From: Ophelia neglecta
Lineage: Eukaryota
Reading direction: 5' to 3'
DNA: 64,000 nucleotides
Assembly (NCBI GenBank): GCA_965285935.1
Contig: OZ260663.1
Location: 59,086,001 to 59,150,000, forward strand
Part shown: positions 14,737-28,470 of the stretch, piece after piece
Layout of the letters: every line of letters starts with the position of its first letter
How positions within the stretch are numbered: the stretch's first letter is position 1
Program-made: the position numbers and the translations under genes
The notes under the pieces: generated by a model
Databases searched by the model: none
The model's input: the letters and a program-made list of their open reading frames with translations, nothing else
Told to the model about the DNA's origin: nothing

Positions 14737-17700
14737 GCTCCTTGCTACCCTGTAATGTCCTTTACCTGCTTAGTTCTGGTGGAATACCTGATACAATTTC
14801 CACCTAATTTAGATCACCTTTTCACCTGTAATGCAAATCAGCCTTATTATGCATGGCTCAGGTGAGCTGATATCAGTGGTGACCATTAATCTTGTGGCAA
14901 CCAGACATGACGTGGACATGATAATTGTTTTATCCAGTCATATAAAGGCTGGGTGACTCTGTTCTGACATGGCCAGTCCACTAATCTAAGTATGCCTACT
15001 CTGTTTCTCACCAGAATAATGTGTGCTTAATTCCCCTTAGATAATGGTTTAGGAACATTCTGCTCTGACACCATCGAGTATTAGCTGCTGGGGAGGCAGA
15101 CTTGAGCCCTGGGGCTTGGCTTTCAATTCATCAGGTACCACAACATTCACATACATGTACCACAGTACACTAGAACAGACTAATTATTCATTATTATATT
15201 ACTATATGTAGTAAAACAATAAATGAGGGTACTGCCTTATTGTCGCATATTGAGTTTATTCCTTGTGTACTCTGACCAACTGGTGTCAATTTAGAGCCTT
15301 GTGATATAATTGCCAGTGTGTCCTTGACCGCACTATAAGCTGTTTGCCTATGCCACTCCACATCATATTTTTATTTATTTGTTTTTCATATCTGCATCTG
15401 AATACTCTTGTAGAATGTATTAGTAGAACTTGGCAAATAGATATGATTGCTGAAATTGAGCAGTGAGAGCAAGGACCTGTCAGAGCACAAGATCTGAGCA
15501 AACATCAGTAATGATGATCTCACGCCTACATAAGAGTTATGGCCAAGGCCCTTTTTGCCAGCCATTGTTTTAAAGCGTTTTTCCTCGCCTGAAAATGTCA
15601 AGTCTGGCAATACAAGCATACAGTTTTCCTTTGATGAATACATTGGTAATATTATTCTATATCTTTCTGAAACTGTCTTAAACTGTATCATCAGCTGATT
15701 AGTATGTGCTAGCAAGGAATGTGAAAATGAGTCATTAGCATGATGAACTCATCATCTGTAGACCTCTCTTACTTTTTTAAGCCTGAACCTTTTCAAGATA
15801 AATTTCCCCCATGGGATTCATATTAATTAAGTTGAACTTGGTACTAGTAATTGACACCTTATGTAACAGACATATTTTTCTTGTTCCATCCTATAATTAT
15901 TGCTTACAGTAAGTATAGGATTCAAAGAGCCATGGCAGCTTCATCCCTAGCCCTCCAGCTTCTTTAGACTAAAGTATATACAGTGTTCATTTAAATTGAG
16001 CAATCCTCACCTGTCTCCAACATAAGGCAGAGCTGCTGTCTCATTGAGTCCACTCTACAGTGCCCTTTCAACAGAGTGAAATATCTCAATATTGATATTA
16101 CATGAAGAGAAAACTGTCACAAGGGAATTGGAGTCAAATGAAGGTTAAGCTAGAATGAAATTGGTCTTAACAACCATGTTTCTGACAGCGATTAAAATGT
16201 CTGCCAACCAGGAGATGGATTATAGTCAGACTGCGTAAATCCTGAATGGAATCTGAAGACTATAGAAGAGTCTTCTGGTTCTAGGTGTTCATGGTGAAAT
16301 ATTGCAATAATCTTGATACAGTCCCACTGGGAATGATAAATCTTCATTCCTACATCTGCACATAGTTGGGAAATGTCTGCCATTCTTTCCAGCATTCAGA
16401 TACTGATTTACGATGGCCTGTTGACTTGATGATATTAGGGATGGCCTAGATTCCATTTGAGACAATTGCCGTATTCAGCGGCTAATTGCAGTAAGATGGT
16501 AATTTGTTGTCAGAACCATGAGCCTCCTGCATGATTCACAGTGATACAGGAGCCTGTTAAGCTAGCAGGGTATGGCTGCTACAAGCAGGTGGCAAATCTT
16601 AGAGGCATATCTATCTGGGCATTTTTTTGCTGCAAATTGCTCAGTGCAGAAGAAAAATAAAAATATAAACATGCCTAGTGCTGTTGCCCTGTCCCACACG
16701 GCTTTGTGGGGTTAGTTTACAGTCAGGCAAACTTCTAATTTCCTTTTGTTGTTACCCTGCCTCGTTGTTAAACATATTAACAACTTATATCATGATCAAT
16801 GCACTATTCATGGCTGATTTGATGGCTGCCTGGTTCACTGTTGTTGCTGCCTCAAGCATGTTTGATGCCATATATTGGTTTCCTGGTATTTGTTGTCCTA
16901 CGGTCTACAAGAATGCCAATAACAGTCATTTGTGGTGTGTGTGTTCCTAACAGGTATTAAGGTACACCTAGATGTGAGATTTGGAGAACTGCCAGACGCT
17001 TGGCCATTCTTGGTGAAAAAATGTTTTTTCTTAAGAATGGCCTAATAATAAGTAGTTTCTGACTAAAATCTGATCAAGCATGTAGGTTGGTTCATTTGGC
17101 AGTAGGGGCAGACCAAATAATAGATTTATGTCACAGACAGATTTTAGCTAGGTGTTAAAACACCTGCTTGCAACTTATGTATCATTACAGTGTATAGTAG
17201 GTCTTACAATTAGGAAATGGCCTGACTATGTGGTTGCATTGATCCTGAGCTGGCTGATGGGGATGAATGTTGATCTAAGGCTGAGAGTGTTTTATTAATT
17301 GATCCTATGATTGTTGTATTCTCATGAACCAATTAACAACCTACCTCTAATAAAAGCAGCATTGAAAAGCATGGAAACCATTTGCATTAGGTTTTCTGCA
17401 AAATATGGCTGGTCATGCACATTTCCTGTTTGGTTTTGACAAGCCGGGGTAAATCAATGTGAAACTGGAGGCGAGAGCTCAGCGAGAGCTCAGCGGCAAA
17501 CCCCGGCCATTGCTGCCAACATCTTTAATGAGGAGTCAGTAATTACCTCCTCAATACATGTCAAACTTGTAGAATCCTCTATGTAATGGTTATTGTCTAC
17601 TATTTATTAACATGGTTATGTACTTCTGTGATTAACAAGAACACTATGTGCACCAGTTTGCTCCTTCAGGAGCCAGTTAGCAGCCAACTTCCAGTTCCTG

Positions 17701-18051
17701 CTGAAAATCCTATTGTGTAGAGCAGCATCAATATACAATACTCAGGGAGTCTGTCTACTAATTCATGGTAGTTGGAGCTTGGGAGGCAACAACCACACAA
17801 TTTTATATAGGCAGAACAATAAAAGGTGTCTGAGGTACTAAGTATTTTCAAATTGGCTATGATGTTCAGAATTTGGTTTGTGATATACTTAGTGGTAACA
17901 CTTTAATAATGCCATTAATTTGACGTGCTGGTTGGGCTTTAAAGAGCCTCCTTCACTTATATTGATATGAATTTTTAAGTGTATATGAACTGCTGAAGAG
18001 AATAGTGTCTGATTTAATTGACTGGTTTATGAGAAAGCCTCCTAGTTTAAG

Positions 18052-18243
18052 TCCCCCTCCCTCCCCCCCCCCCTGCCTCCGTCCCTCCAAACCAGTACCA
18101 TGTGATGTCTTGACAATTTCCTCCCAAACTGCCCTCCCCTATTGCTCCGCACCCCCCCCCTCCCCCCCCCCAACCAGATCCCCACTAATGTCCTGTCAGA
18201 GGCATCCCAGTCTGAGACCCCCTCTCCCCCTCCCCCCTCCACC
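18052..18243 (-). repeat. C-rich low-complexity region (G-runs on the minus strand)
   Basis: Multiple C5-C11 runs; source of the spurious Pro-rich and Gly-rich ORFs. Confidence 0.6.
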
Positions 18244-21200
18244 TTAAAGCTACTATATCTCTTACTGTGACTTACCCTCAATTCATTACTGTCACAAGGC
18301 TTCAATGGCTGAATCAGTTTGTGTCAATGCCTTTCATGTTGTTGCAGGGTATACGATTTGAACAGGGTAAATAATTTGAACATGATTTAAATACAGCAGT
18401 GTCATATAGCAGACATGTTGTCCTTGTTCTGGTGAGGGTCCCTGTGCTGGGCTCCTCTATAGGCCATAGGGCTGCGAGAAACATCAAATCCATATATTGG
18501 GGACCAAAACTCCATTTTGTATGCTACATGTGCCTTTGAGAATACTCAATATTGTGGTAGTAGTGATGTGGAACATTGGGGCAATGGCTGAAACAACTTC
18601 CCAGGCCAATCGTTTGGGTGCCTGTCTGACAGGAAGTGTAACTGCATCCGGGTCCAAGATGGTTCAAAGTGAAAAACATCATCCATCACACACTTATTTA
18701 GATAATTTTCCTACTCCTGAATAATAATTAGATCTGCCTCTTTGGATTTATTTTGGTTACTACATGTTAGTTTCCTTCGTATGTGAAAGAACAGGGCTTT
18801 AATTTTCATTGCCCATTATCCTGGTATGATTGTGACAATTTTAACTTCCACTCATAAAATGGATCCAATATTGAATTCTGTCTCTTTGGGCTGCAATAAA
18901 AGTGAAGCTTTGAAATATGAAATTAAAATAAAGGTTATGACTGAAGCTGGCTCAACCTGGTAGCCTGTTTATGTACCCATCAAACACACAAGTGGCAGTG
19001 ACAACAGATGTCATCCTCTCAATTATCTGGGCCATTGTTATACTACTTGCTGTTATATGTTTCCAACATTTGAGGTAAACTAGCCTTTGACCTCAGGAAA
19101 TGAGTGTACAACTCTATATAATATAATGAAATGAGTTATAGAGTGCCCTGTATCAGATTCTATCTAGACACCTGTCATTGTAGATGATCAGGGCCAATCA
19201 AGCTTTTTGCTGGCTGTCTTTTGTCACTAATGCATTGCCACTTCATGTGACGTTTGGTGCCAGAAATGTTTTGTGTGACAGTGATTCTGCCCTGAATCAA
19301 TCTTTCCGTAGACAAGATAATTGGCAAATTTCAGCGGCGGCTGCCAGGATATGACTGCGACCATAATGCGACCAGTTCCGCTGTTCTTTCCTCTTCTTTC
19401 TGTGCACCTTGATATTATACACTGATTGGCCTCTGTTTATGAGAAATCCAAATCACATACTATTATATAGGCCATTGTTTAATCAAATGCCTCCATTGTT
19501 ATTATGAAAACTGAAATCATTATTTATATTTCCTGGGAATTATAAGATGGCCTGCCTTCAGCCCTGTTAGATTGAGTAGGCGTGCCCAGAGTTAAAGATG
19601 GGGATTAGGACTCAGCACAGAGTCATTGCTGCATGGGTGCTGTGATGTATGCCACAGGTGAGCAGCTAGCATAATCTCCTCGTCGTCAGCAAGATACACA
19701 GGAAGGGAGCGGAGCGGAGGGGGTGGGCGTGCAAAATGAATCAATATACAGGTATATAGGTTTGAACATGCTAGACTCCTGTAATCTTGTCATGTCTTTA
19801 ACATTATCGTACAGTACAAGATAAATTCATCAGCTAATTATATAAGTGACATTTTTGGATATTGTTTTTCTTTGATATGTTGGATTTGATAATTAGAAGA
19901 AATGTATGTTGCTATATAGGTGCTGTTAATCTGGTGTGAAAAAAGCCAGATTGACATTTTGGTATGGTTGGCAATTCCTGTGGGTGGCGTGGAAGAGTTG
20001 AAAGGAAATGAAAGGTGAAAGAGTAAAACAGGTTGCTTTCAGCTCGTACCTGTTTCAAAGATGAGCTGGAAGTTGAGTCCCTGCCCTCCCCCCCCTCCTT
20101 GTGCCCTTTCCCTCACCTAAAGAAGTCAAATAATCTGCTATCCTCAGTATCCACCCCAATGCTAGCTTTTAGTAAGGATACTGTGACATTAACAGTACAT
20201 ACATGTACAGGGTACTCTAGTGGTTGATATTGGATGGAGTTAATTTGAAATTATCTGGTGATGTAATATTTCTGTGCTGGCCCAGGTGTTAATGTAGTTG
20301 GTTTGCTCTCATTACAATATTCCCCAGTTTCAGATCACATTTATCTTCCAGGACATGACAAGCCACCAAACCATACTCAACCAGCCTATACACCTGTATT
20401 CCAGCACCAGATAGCAATTGTTTATACAGCAATCTCATGAATTTTTCATGACAAGCGCAAGCTTTATTTTAGCTTGGGGAGTTGTGGGCAATGTTGGGCA
20501 AAATTTGCTGCTTCCCTGTGAGGTGGGATAGCAGTCTTGATTTGTCTGGCCAGCTTCATGTGAAAATACTTTATGGAGGTGATTTCAAAACTGTCACCCC
20601 CACCGGGGAGCCTTGATAGTTATACTAGGACTTATCTGCTCCAATAAATAAGCCCTACATTTGTTTCAATATTGAATGCGTAACCTGCTTTAGAGCAATT
20701 TTACAAATCATTTACCTTTTTTCTGGTGCTCTGACTGCAGCAACATTTCAGACAGTGCAAATAAAAGAAGACAAGTAAAAACTAATTTGGTAAATTAGGT
20801 TGTTGATTTCCTCTTACAGTAATTCTGGGGCACTTTGTAGAATAATAAATAACAATATTTTTGTTGATGTTTGTATATTTGCTCTATTTATTCCCTGGTA
20901 CTTTATTTTTCTATATCGGAAAAGGAATTAACAATGTTAAAACATGCCTTGTGCCCGTTTTGCTGGTTATTTGTATAAAAGTGTGTCTAATAAAAAAAAA
21001 TTCTCTAAAGGTCAAAACGGCAATATAATGTCCAGGCCATCAGCACACATTATTGTGAATGAACATCCTCCTCTGAGCTGAAGGGTTCCTCCAGTATTAA
21101 CACACAGGGTTTTTTGTTAACCAGCTCTTTGTTTATCAGACACAATTATACTTAGAACAGATCCCTCAGGACCAGCACATTCTTCAGGCTACAAGTATAA

Positions 21201-22186
21201 ACAAACACCAGTGCAGAGAGCTTCTGGATAATACACCTTCATGTTGCAAGCACATTTTTATGTTAAAATGTTTTAGACTCATTGTTTGTTTTTGCCATGT
21301 TGTCTTGTGGAAAATAATACTGTTAACTGGAATTGGCTCTTCATTGTATGTTCTCTTTCTCTTCTTTAAACATTTTGTACAATATTAGGCAAAACTCTTC
21401 TGCTAAAATAAACTGCTAGTGTTATCTGAAACTGAAATGTAGTTTTGTACTGGTGAAGGGACAAAGGGTTTAGTGTCAAACTTTACCAGTACTGCTCATA
21501 CTGCATCAGTTCTTAAAGCATATAATCATATCATATAATAGAAAACCCTATCCCCAATGGTATTAAAGATCTTGTTGTAAAATATTTCGGTTCAAAAATC
21601 CTTTAACCTTTTGTCCTGAATGTTAGTGTAAGGTGCTTAAAAATATGACATTGTTCTGTTGTAGAAATGCACTTAGACTAGATCTTTACTTGCCATCCTA
21701 TCTTTGTCTCTGGTTGAGGTACCACTAACAAAGCTCAGATACACTCGATTCATCTCAATGATATTCTAACATTCTGGCCTACTTAGCTTTTCAAAAACTA
21801 AGGCTATGCTATATTTTTTCATTTCCTGTGCAATATGTTCTATTTATACTGGGGTATATTCTGGTATAAACACAGTAAATGCTGGATAGATTGAATTTTG
21901 AGCTTTGTCCTGCATGCCAGTAGGGTCCAGAAAGCAGGCTAAACAACAAAAATCATATTGTGACCTTTGTGGAACAATTAGTTAAATGGAACTCTTTTGA
22001 CCCCACTACTAAGATTTCTGGTTAATCTTCTTTTTCACATTCAGAAAATGAAAGCAAAATAATTTTTTTTAAATGTATGGATAATGGACAAAATGAATTT
22101 AAGTGTGTATGCCTGTCTTCCTGCTTATTTGTACAATATATGGCCCACTTGATGATGACTAACCTAACCTATTTGTCCCTGTACAG

Positions 22187-22345
22187 ATCCATCTCCGGCA
22201 CTGGCTGCTAACTCTGACCATGGGGCTGTGGGGGGTGTAGGGGGTCCAGAGGCCCCTGGGGCCGCTGACCAGCTAGCAGCTGGGGCTGCCACTCCTGGGG
22301 CCTCGGGCAACTTCACCCATTTCCGCTACATACAATACCTTACAC
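22187..22345 (+). CDS. Lar: Probable (alternative) exon encoding a 53-aa Gly/Ala/Pro-rich segment before Ig1: DPSPALAANSDHGAVGGVGGPEAPGAADQLAAGAATPGASGNFTHFRYIQYLT
   Basis: Branch point GACTAAC (22157-22163), acceptor tttgtccctgtacag|, donor CAC|GTAAGT; 159 nt, phase 1-1, no stop; GC-rich island in an AT-rich intron. Confidence 0.75.
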
Positions 22346-25174
22346 GTAAGTAGTGGTGTCCACCCCACTACTGCAACTGATTCCACCAGAGGGCTATGCA
22401 ACTCCTGGAGGCATCTGAAAATTGCCTGTTACTAAGTGTATACATTCAAAAATAATTTTACTTACAATTACTAATGAACAAATTCAAATATAAATGCAAT
22501 GACAAGCAATTTTATTTACCAACTTCTTAAAATACACACTCCTTTTGGCATATTGGTCTTTACTTCTGCTGGTCCCTCACCCACCACTGCAAGGGGTTAA
22601 TTTATCTGACAAGGTCCCACCTCCTCTCTTCAGTTCACATCAGACTTTCAGCCATTTCTACCACAAACATTGATTTAGGTTTGGGGCAGTTCATTTGGTG
22701 TGTGTGTTCAATCTTGATCTGATTGGTTTTGTACAATTTTACCCAAACTCTCCCTGGAGTCTTATTGAAAAACCTGAATGATAATTTAAATTATCTCCTA
22801 GTTTGCCAAAGGAGACTGGCTGGGAATGGAAATCAGGCCTGAGATATTTATATGGTATCAGTTTTTTTTGTAGATTTCTTTACAGTGTTTTGCCTCTAGA
22901 AATATATTCTTATTCCTTTCAAGATACAGATTTGTGATTTCTGTTAAATCAGCAGTCCTCTCAGAGGCCACTATTCAACATGTGAACGATTATCCCCAGG
23001 GGGTGATTTTATTCATAAAACTGCTCAAAGTAGTGACTCTGGCATCTTTGATAGTAATGTAAGCTTCTTCCCTCAGTCCCTGACATTTTAGTTTTGGTAG
23101 ACGCCTAGACAAGGTGGAAAAAAGCATTGAATGCTCAAGTCTGTCCTAAACTAAAGAACTACACATGGAAGAGAATTTGCTTGTTGTTCCTATCAGTTTC
23201 CCAAGATCTTGTAAAAACCCATCCCAATGTGATGTGTCTTGGTAGCTCATTGTTTTCAGGTTTCGTTCTTCTTGTTCTGTGGGGAGCAGGGTGAGGTGAT
23301 GGGCTCTGAGTTGGAGAATGGATAGGGTGTGAACAATATAAAGTAATTACCTTATGTACTATATTGTGCCTCCTCTTTAGGAGGTAATGTGCTTATGGGC
23401 CAAAAAGTATGTGGCCTGGAGCATTACATTTACATGTACAATATTGACAGCATATTTTATAGTGAGGGTATAGTCCAGCTCATTGCTTGCAGATTTGTTA
23501 CCTTTTAAGTCAGAATGATCCTGTTCCATTATGGGAGGCTGAGTAGGGTGTTCTGATCAAACCTATAACAATCAAATATTGTTTAATTGACACATCAAGT
23601 ACTTTTATAGCTGAATCCGATGTAGTCTGCTGTTGTAGTAAGCATCGAACAGGGAGTACCTGTGTTAGTGCTTGCTGCATCCAAAAATTTAAACTTGAGG
23701 TTTTTACTCTGTGATCAGAAAAAAAACTATGGGTAGAGTGGATTGGTCAACAAGAGATAATGTAGATATATCAGAGAAACCCTATCATGACTTCTTTAAT
23801 CTATAATTGTAAATCCTCTGGCTTTTAGTGTGCCTGTTTATGTATTTGATAATTAATATCCTCTTTTAGTGACATAGGTCATCATTTGTCTTTGAGTTGT
23901 CTGCCATCATTTCCTAGCTTTGGCATTATGGATTTCTCACAGGAAATTACTAATGGGCATCTTACGCTTGGTGCTTCATTGGAATCTATGTATGCTGCTG
24001 GAAGAAGGCCTGAAGAAAGATGTATAGGAAGCAGCAAGCCATGGGAAATCCCAGGGAAATAATGTCTCCTCTGTCAGGATAGAATTGTCCACTTCTGGAA
24101 TTTGCCCTGTCTATATTCCTGAAATTGATGACTCTGAGCCAAACTCCTCTGCCAAACAAGGTATAAAGGGTTGTTTTCTCAGACAATGAGAATATGTCTT
24201 GGCCTCTTGTTTACAGCAAGGATTGGGGCCCATGTCATGCCAGGAGCCATATTCTTTCTTCATACCACTGTTGTAGTTGTAGTGTAATAGTCACCTGGCT
24301 ACAAGCTCCCTGGAAGGAATGATGACATCAAGGACAAAAACAAAGAGCAATGTGGCCATTAGCCACTTCTAAAAGCAGCAGTACATAGCAGATCAGATAA
24401 CTACTCAGGTGTATATATTTTTTTCCAAGTCAGAATATGCCAGTCCAACAGGTGCTCAATGTTAATGGAACCTGTGGGAGACTGGCTGCAGGCAAATTAA
24501 TTTGGACATTGTGACTTGGGGACCTGGCCACAGATTCCCTGACACTCCTGAAGACCTCTAAGAGTGTCCAACTACAAGTCCTATCAGGAGCCTAAGCCAA
24601 ATATTCATATTAAAGATGTCTCGTGGGGATTGCCAGATGGTATATTATTATTGCCCATTTCAGTTTTATGTTTCCTTGTCAGTTAGTTGATGTTTTAGCA
24701 GTGTTGGGTGCCAGGGAGACATGTGGAGCGGCCTGGTGGCTGGGTAGCTCTTTGGTGTCTCTGCAGGCAGTGGTTATGTTCATTGAAGATGGTGGTTGGT
24801 GGTGGCTGTTGGCTTTGCCCTTAATTAACATGAATGATGCTTAAACATTAAAAACTCTCTGCTTTGTAAAAACACAGGGTGCAAATTTTTGTCCCATTAC
24901 TGAAGTAGATTACATGTCATACAAATTTATAGAGGTCTGTCAAAGCCTGATAGCAATATATCAGTTCCCTTGAGGCTCATATTCATAGATTATCAATCTA
25001 GGAAGGTTTTCATTTCAGAGTGGGACTTAAATGTGCACACAATATGTTTCAATTTTCCACATGGCAATCTTCTATTTCAGAAAATACAGCTGGTTGGAAT
25101 TCTATTTTATCACCTGGTCTCTAATCATTCTTCTTTTTAAATCTGCTGTAACCTGGTTTTCTGTATATTTTCAG

Positions 25175-25474
25175 ATGCCCCACGGATAACGCTGGCCCCC
25201 AGGGACCAGAAGGTGGTGGAGAATGGCATCATCAGCTTCTTCTGCAAGGCGTCTGGCAACCCAAGTCCGGACATCCACTGGAGAAAGGGAGGAAAGAGAA
25301 TCACCGCCAATCGCCAGCGCTACATCATGGTGGACATGCCCCATGGGTCAGTACTGCGCATGGAGCCAGTCAAGCCGAGAAGGGACGACAGTGTCTTTGA
25401 GTGTTATGCAGACAATGGCATAGGAGAGCCAGCCACGGCCTCTGCAAAATTGGAGGTGTACCCTGAAGGTCAAG
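25175..25474 (+). CDS. Lar: LAR RPTP exon, Ig domain 1 (APRITLAPRDQKVVENGIISFFCKASGNPSPDIHWRKGGKR...FECYADNGIGEPATASAKLEVYPEGQ)
   Basis: Ig I-set C/W/C pattern and LAR-specific motifs SFFCxASGNPxP, GSVLRxEP, FECxAxN; ttttcag| and CAAG|GTGAGC; 300 nt, phase 1-1. Confidence 0.97.
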
Positions 25475-28319
25475 GTGAGCAATCTGATGAACCCAAATAT
25501 GACATTTAACTGATCTCGCTAGAACTTGCAAGAAAAGTCAAAAGACCCCTTTTGTAGAGATTACTGCTAACTAGCAGTGTTGTATTTAGGGCAGGCTAGC
25601 AACTACAGTATTGAATGATGCTATGTATATCATGGGCTGCTGATGAAAGGAATTTAAAATAAATTATAGTTTCATTTGAGATAAGTTGTCTTATTGTTCA
25701 ATTGACATTAGTATTTTGATTTGATTGCCCATCCTTTCTCCTGTGGAGATAAAAACTCAACCAGAATGAAGTACAGCTATAAAAGAGCTCCTTTTCGATG
25801 GTGACTTATTTCCCCCTCTGGACCAAGAAGTAATAATGAATAAAAGCACCATCCTACTGGGGGATGTTTTATATGGCTTGGCAGCCACCCAGACCCAGAC
25901 GTGGGCCAGACGTAAGCCAGGCGTACACCTAGAGCATTACCAATTCTTGAATATAATTCGTTTAATTGTTTTACAAGCATACCTAATTTACCAAGTGAAA
26001 GTTTTCCAATGGGATAGGCTGGCAGAACAAACTTTTAAAATAATAAAGGTAGAAAGAAGTGTTTGTGTAAGTTTAACCAGTAACTTCATTAGTGATTTAG
26101 AGAAGACGATTGATGTTATGTGTGGAGCTCTTCATGTAAGACATTTCAATTTTTACTCTTTATTTTTGTGCCACTTTTCTGTATTCTTGCCTAATGATGG
26201 AGCTGAACATAAGGTTGTAGATACTGTATATTTACCCTTTGATGGAGCATTTTTCCAGGCAAGTGAATCGGTTGTAAGGCCTGCTGCCGTAATTGTGGAA
26301 AGGTGATGCCTGGCTTATAATGCCTATTAGAAGACGAAGACGGTAGTCATGGCTGCAGCCATTGGGTGGTGGAATTGAGAGACTGCCAGTATGGCATTAA
26401 GACGTGATGGCCAGTGTGGGTGTGACAGGTGTGACTCCTGTAAGATGATGCCATGCCATCAATGCTGCTGGCAGAAAATTTAATACAGCATGAGAGTACT
26501 ACAGTTTCTACAATAATTATTGTAGCTTTTTGCAGCATACCAACTTATTATGTGATAATTTCTGCTGATGCATGGTGAAAAAAAGCTTAAATTTAGATTA
26601 ATATATTCATGGTAATCATTTTGGCCATGACAGTATCCATCAAATACGTAAGAATAGATATGTAGGAAATGTGTATTGAATTGGCCCATTGCATGAAGAC
26701 ACTAATCAGTTGAGTTATGTCTGGTATACTGTGCCCATTACTGATGTTAGGACCAAGAAGTGACTTGGTCTGCTGCCAGTATCTGCTGGGAAGGTAGTAG
26801 TGGCAGCATGTGCTGAGGAGGCAGAGCTGACCAGGTGTGGCCACATATCATCTGATCATGTAGTTCTTCATTAATTCCTCTGGGTACTCATTCAATCATG
26901 TCTTAGTAGCTTGTGTTAGGAGAGGGATATCCCAGCCCAGACCTGCTTCCCTTTGCCAGAAAATACTGTTTATATTTTGCCATTCTTGTTATGGTGCTCC
27001 TGTGTTATAAAATGCGCTTTGTTTGGTTTTCTTGTCCTCTGCATCTGCTTTAATCAAATATTTGTATCCAGTTTTCTTTGGTTACATGTAGCTACCAGTG
27101 AATGCTGATCAATTCTGAATGATAAGGTTTCCTTCTGGGTCAGCCAGTTCACCCCAACCAACTCCTCACACATGGTGTGCATAAATTGATTGTCAGAACC
27201 ATTTAATAATAAATAGATGTTGTAGGGAAGCAACAAGCTCTTAGAGTTTAATTAATGCATCGAGGGCCTTGTGGGTCTTGGCGACTCTCAAGTTCCGATC
27301 TTCATTCTTTAAATTGGTGGAAATCCACTACATGCAAATTTGTAATTTACCACCTCGAGTTTGAAGGTTACATGAGAAGGATGGCTCATGGTGGCAGTAT
27401 GATTGGGCTGGAGTGCAGGGACACTGAGCTGAACGTGTGACCTCGCTCAGTGTTTCACCCATTCCTTGCTGTAAGCAGTTATAACCTTTTTATTCTTAAA
27501 TACTAAGTGCATTACACTGTTTGGAAAGGACTGTTTATTATAAAACAAATGAAAAATCTGAGCCCTGGCAGACCCCTGTTATCTAAAAGTGGCCAACCAG
27601 AAGAGAGGTCAATCAGACCAAGTTGATCTATGGCATCTTGTGATAGTCTGAATGCTTCAATATACTCAGTGGTCAATGGTCTGGGGAGTGGCTTTGTCCC
27701 ATGGCCTGTCATCTGGCCCTTTGACTCTCCCCTATCTTTATTGTCTGGAGGTCAGGACCCCTGGGCCTGTTGATTGTGTCTCCAATCTGCCGCCATGTGT
27801 GGAACATAAGACAGTTGACCGGCCAAACTGATGTGTCATCACCCATTATTGACATGGCTGGTTGTGATTGGCCTGATTCACCTCTTTCAAGGGAGCAGAT
27901 CCTTGCAAGGAGCACTTTGCTAAGAGATGCTATGTAGATGTTGCATTGAGTTTTCCAGCACTGTAAAAACTGAAATGGTGAATGCAGGTGGCCAGCCTCT
28001 AGCGCTGCCCCCTAATACTGTTAAAAGTCAGAACTCAGTTGGAAATAGAAAGGGCCATTTTACATATAGTTCTTACTATAGTTTGTGGCACAAAAAGATA
28101 TTTAGAAACAATATTTTATATTCTAAATATTTATTTTTTTGGCATTTGTTCAAAAAGTGGCTATGTCTTACTGGAATTACATTTCTACAGTACAAGAAGC
28201 AATGTATCAAGCTGATGTAATATGTATGAAAGCATTGTCACCGTTCAAGCAGTAAACAAGTGGCTTATAACAGCTACAATATGTCTGAGCATGCGTCTTG
28301 GTGAGCCAGACCAGGTTCT

Positions 28320-28470
28320 TGCTGCTTGTATGTACAGTCTTCATAACTGACATGATCTATGACCTGAGCCATTTCCTGCGCTCTTCCTAACTGACATGGT
28401 GGATGGCCTGGACCAAGTTCTTTAATTTTCACAACTGTCATGGTCTATGGCCTATGCCATGTTCTTTGTG
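28320..28470. repeat. Degenerate ~44-bp tandem repeat (AACTGACATGGTCTATGGCCTG..CCA..TTCT), about 3 copies
   Basis: Recurring aactgacatg/aactgtcatg words. Confidence 0.45.

Noticed and set aside
17443-17507. Short inverted repeat GCCGGGGT/ACCCCGGC enclosing a GCGAGAGCTCA duplication
   Set aside because: Probably a small transposon-derived fragment; too short to classify or support a function.
18005-18305. Pro-rich and Gly-rich ORFs (also 38972-39559)
   Set aside because: Products of C-run low-complexity sequence.
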